Part shown: piece after piece, positions 63,912 through 64,000 of the stretch
How positions within the stretch are numbered: the stretch's first letter is position 1
Layout: each line of letters starts with the position of its first letter
From: Escherichia phage vB_EcoS_HZ_ZJUN2
DNA length: 64,000 bases
Sequence record: PP216084
Direction: 5' to 3' (one strand)
Made by a program: the position numbers and the translations under genes
Notes under the pieces: model-generated
Databases searched by the model: none
Told to the model about the DNA's origin: nothing
The model's input: the letters and a program-made list of their open reading frames with translations, nothing else

Positions 63912-64000
63912 TGAGAATAATTATCATTTAAGAAGTGGAATGCGAATGATAATTATTCTCATTTAAGAAGTGGAATGATTCTCATTTAAGAAGTGGAATG
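63912..64000. repeat. palindrome plus 3 tandem copies of TCATTTAAGAAGTGGAATG
   Basis: Inverted repeat GAGAATAATTATCAT / ATGATAATTATTCTC and three direct repeats at 63924, 63959 and 63982, running to the window edge. Confidence 0.75.

Noticed and set aside
63279-64000. CRISPR array
   Set aside because: The repeats are short, have irregular spacing and variable sequence, and there is no cas context; they look like iterons or terminal-repeat boundary repeats.

Overview
This window reads as the early/replication region of a T5-like siphophage (Tequintavirus-like), apparently in reverse-complement orientation relative to the usual T5 map; this is recognised from gene content and promoter architecture, not from any database search. 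The first ~22 kb is transcribed leftward and carries the replication module: a family A DNA polymerase of 855 aa, a DnaG-type primase, a DnaB-type helicase, a split NAD-dependent DNA ligase, a large SF2 ATPase, an anaerobic ribonucleotide reductase, a Sir2-like protein and a HAD-type hydrolase. From ~22.4 kb the genes run rightward: phoH, nrdA, an HNH endonuclease, nrdB, dihydrofolate reductase, thymidylate synthase, RNase H, then a ~10 kb cluster of about 25 tRNA genes interleaved with HNH endonucleases and untranslated promoter-driven RNAs, then dNMP kinase, a ClpP-like protease, a holin/endolysin pair, two metallophosphoesterases and many small unknown ORFs. Nearly every transcription unit has its own strong sigma70-type promoter with a conserved leader. 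The last ~850 bp is non-coding and packed with several repeat families. No single novel multi-gene system could be proven from sequence alone; the best candidates for follow-up are a class II-bodied tRNA with an Asn (GUU) anticodon, the Sir2-like/HAD/tandem-paralog block, an SPFH (prohibitin-like) protein, an overlapped spanin-like pair remote from the endolysin, and several untranslated structured-RNA loci in the tRNA region. All tRNA coordinates and anticodons were folded by eye and are approximate (+/- a few nt).
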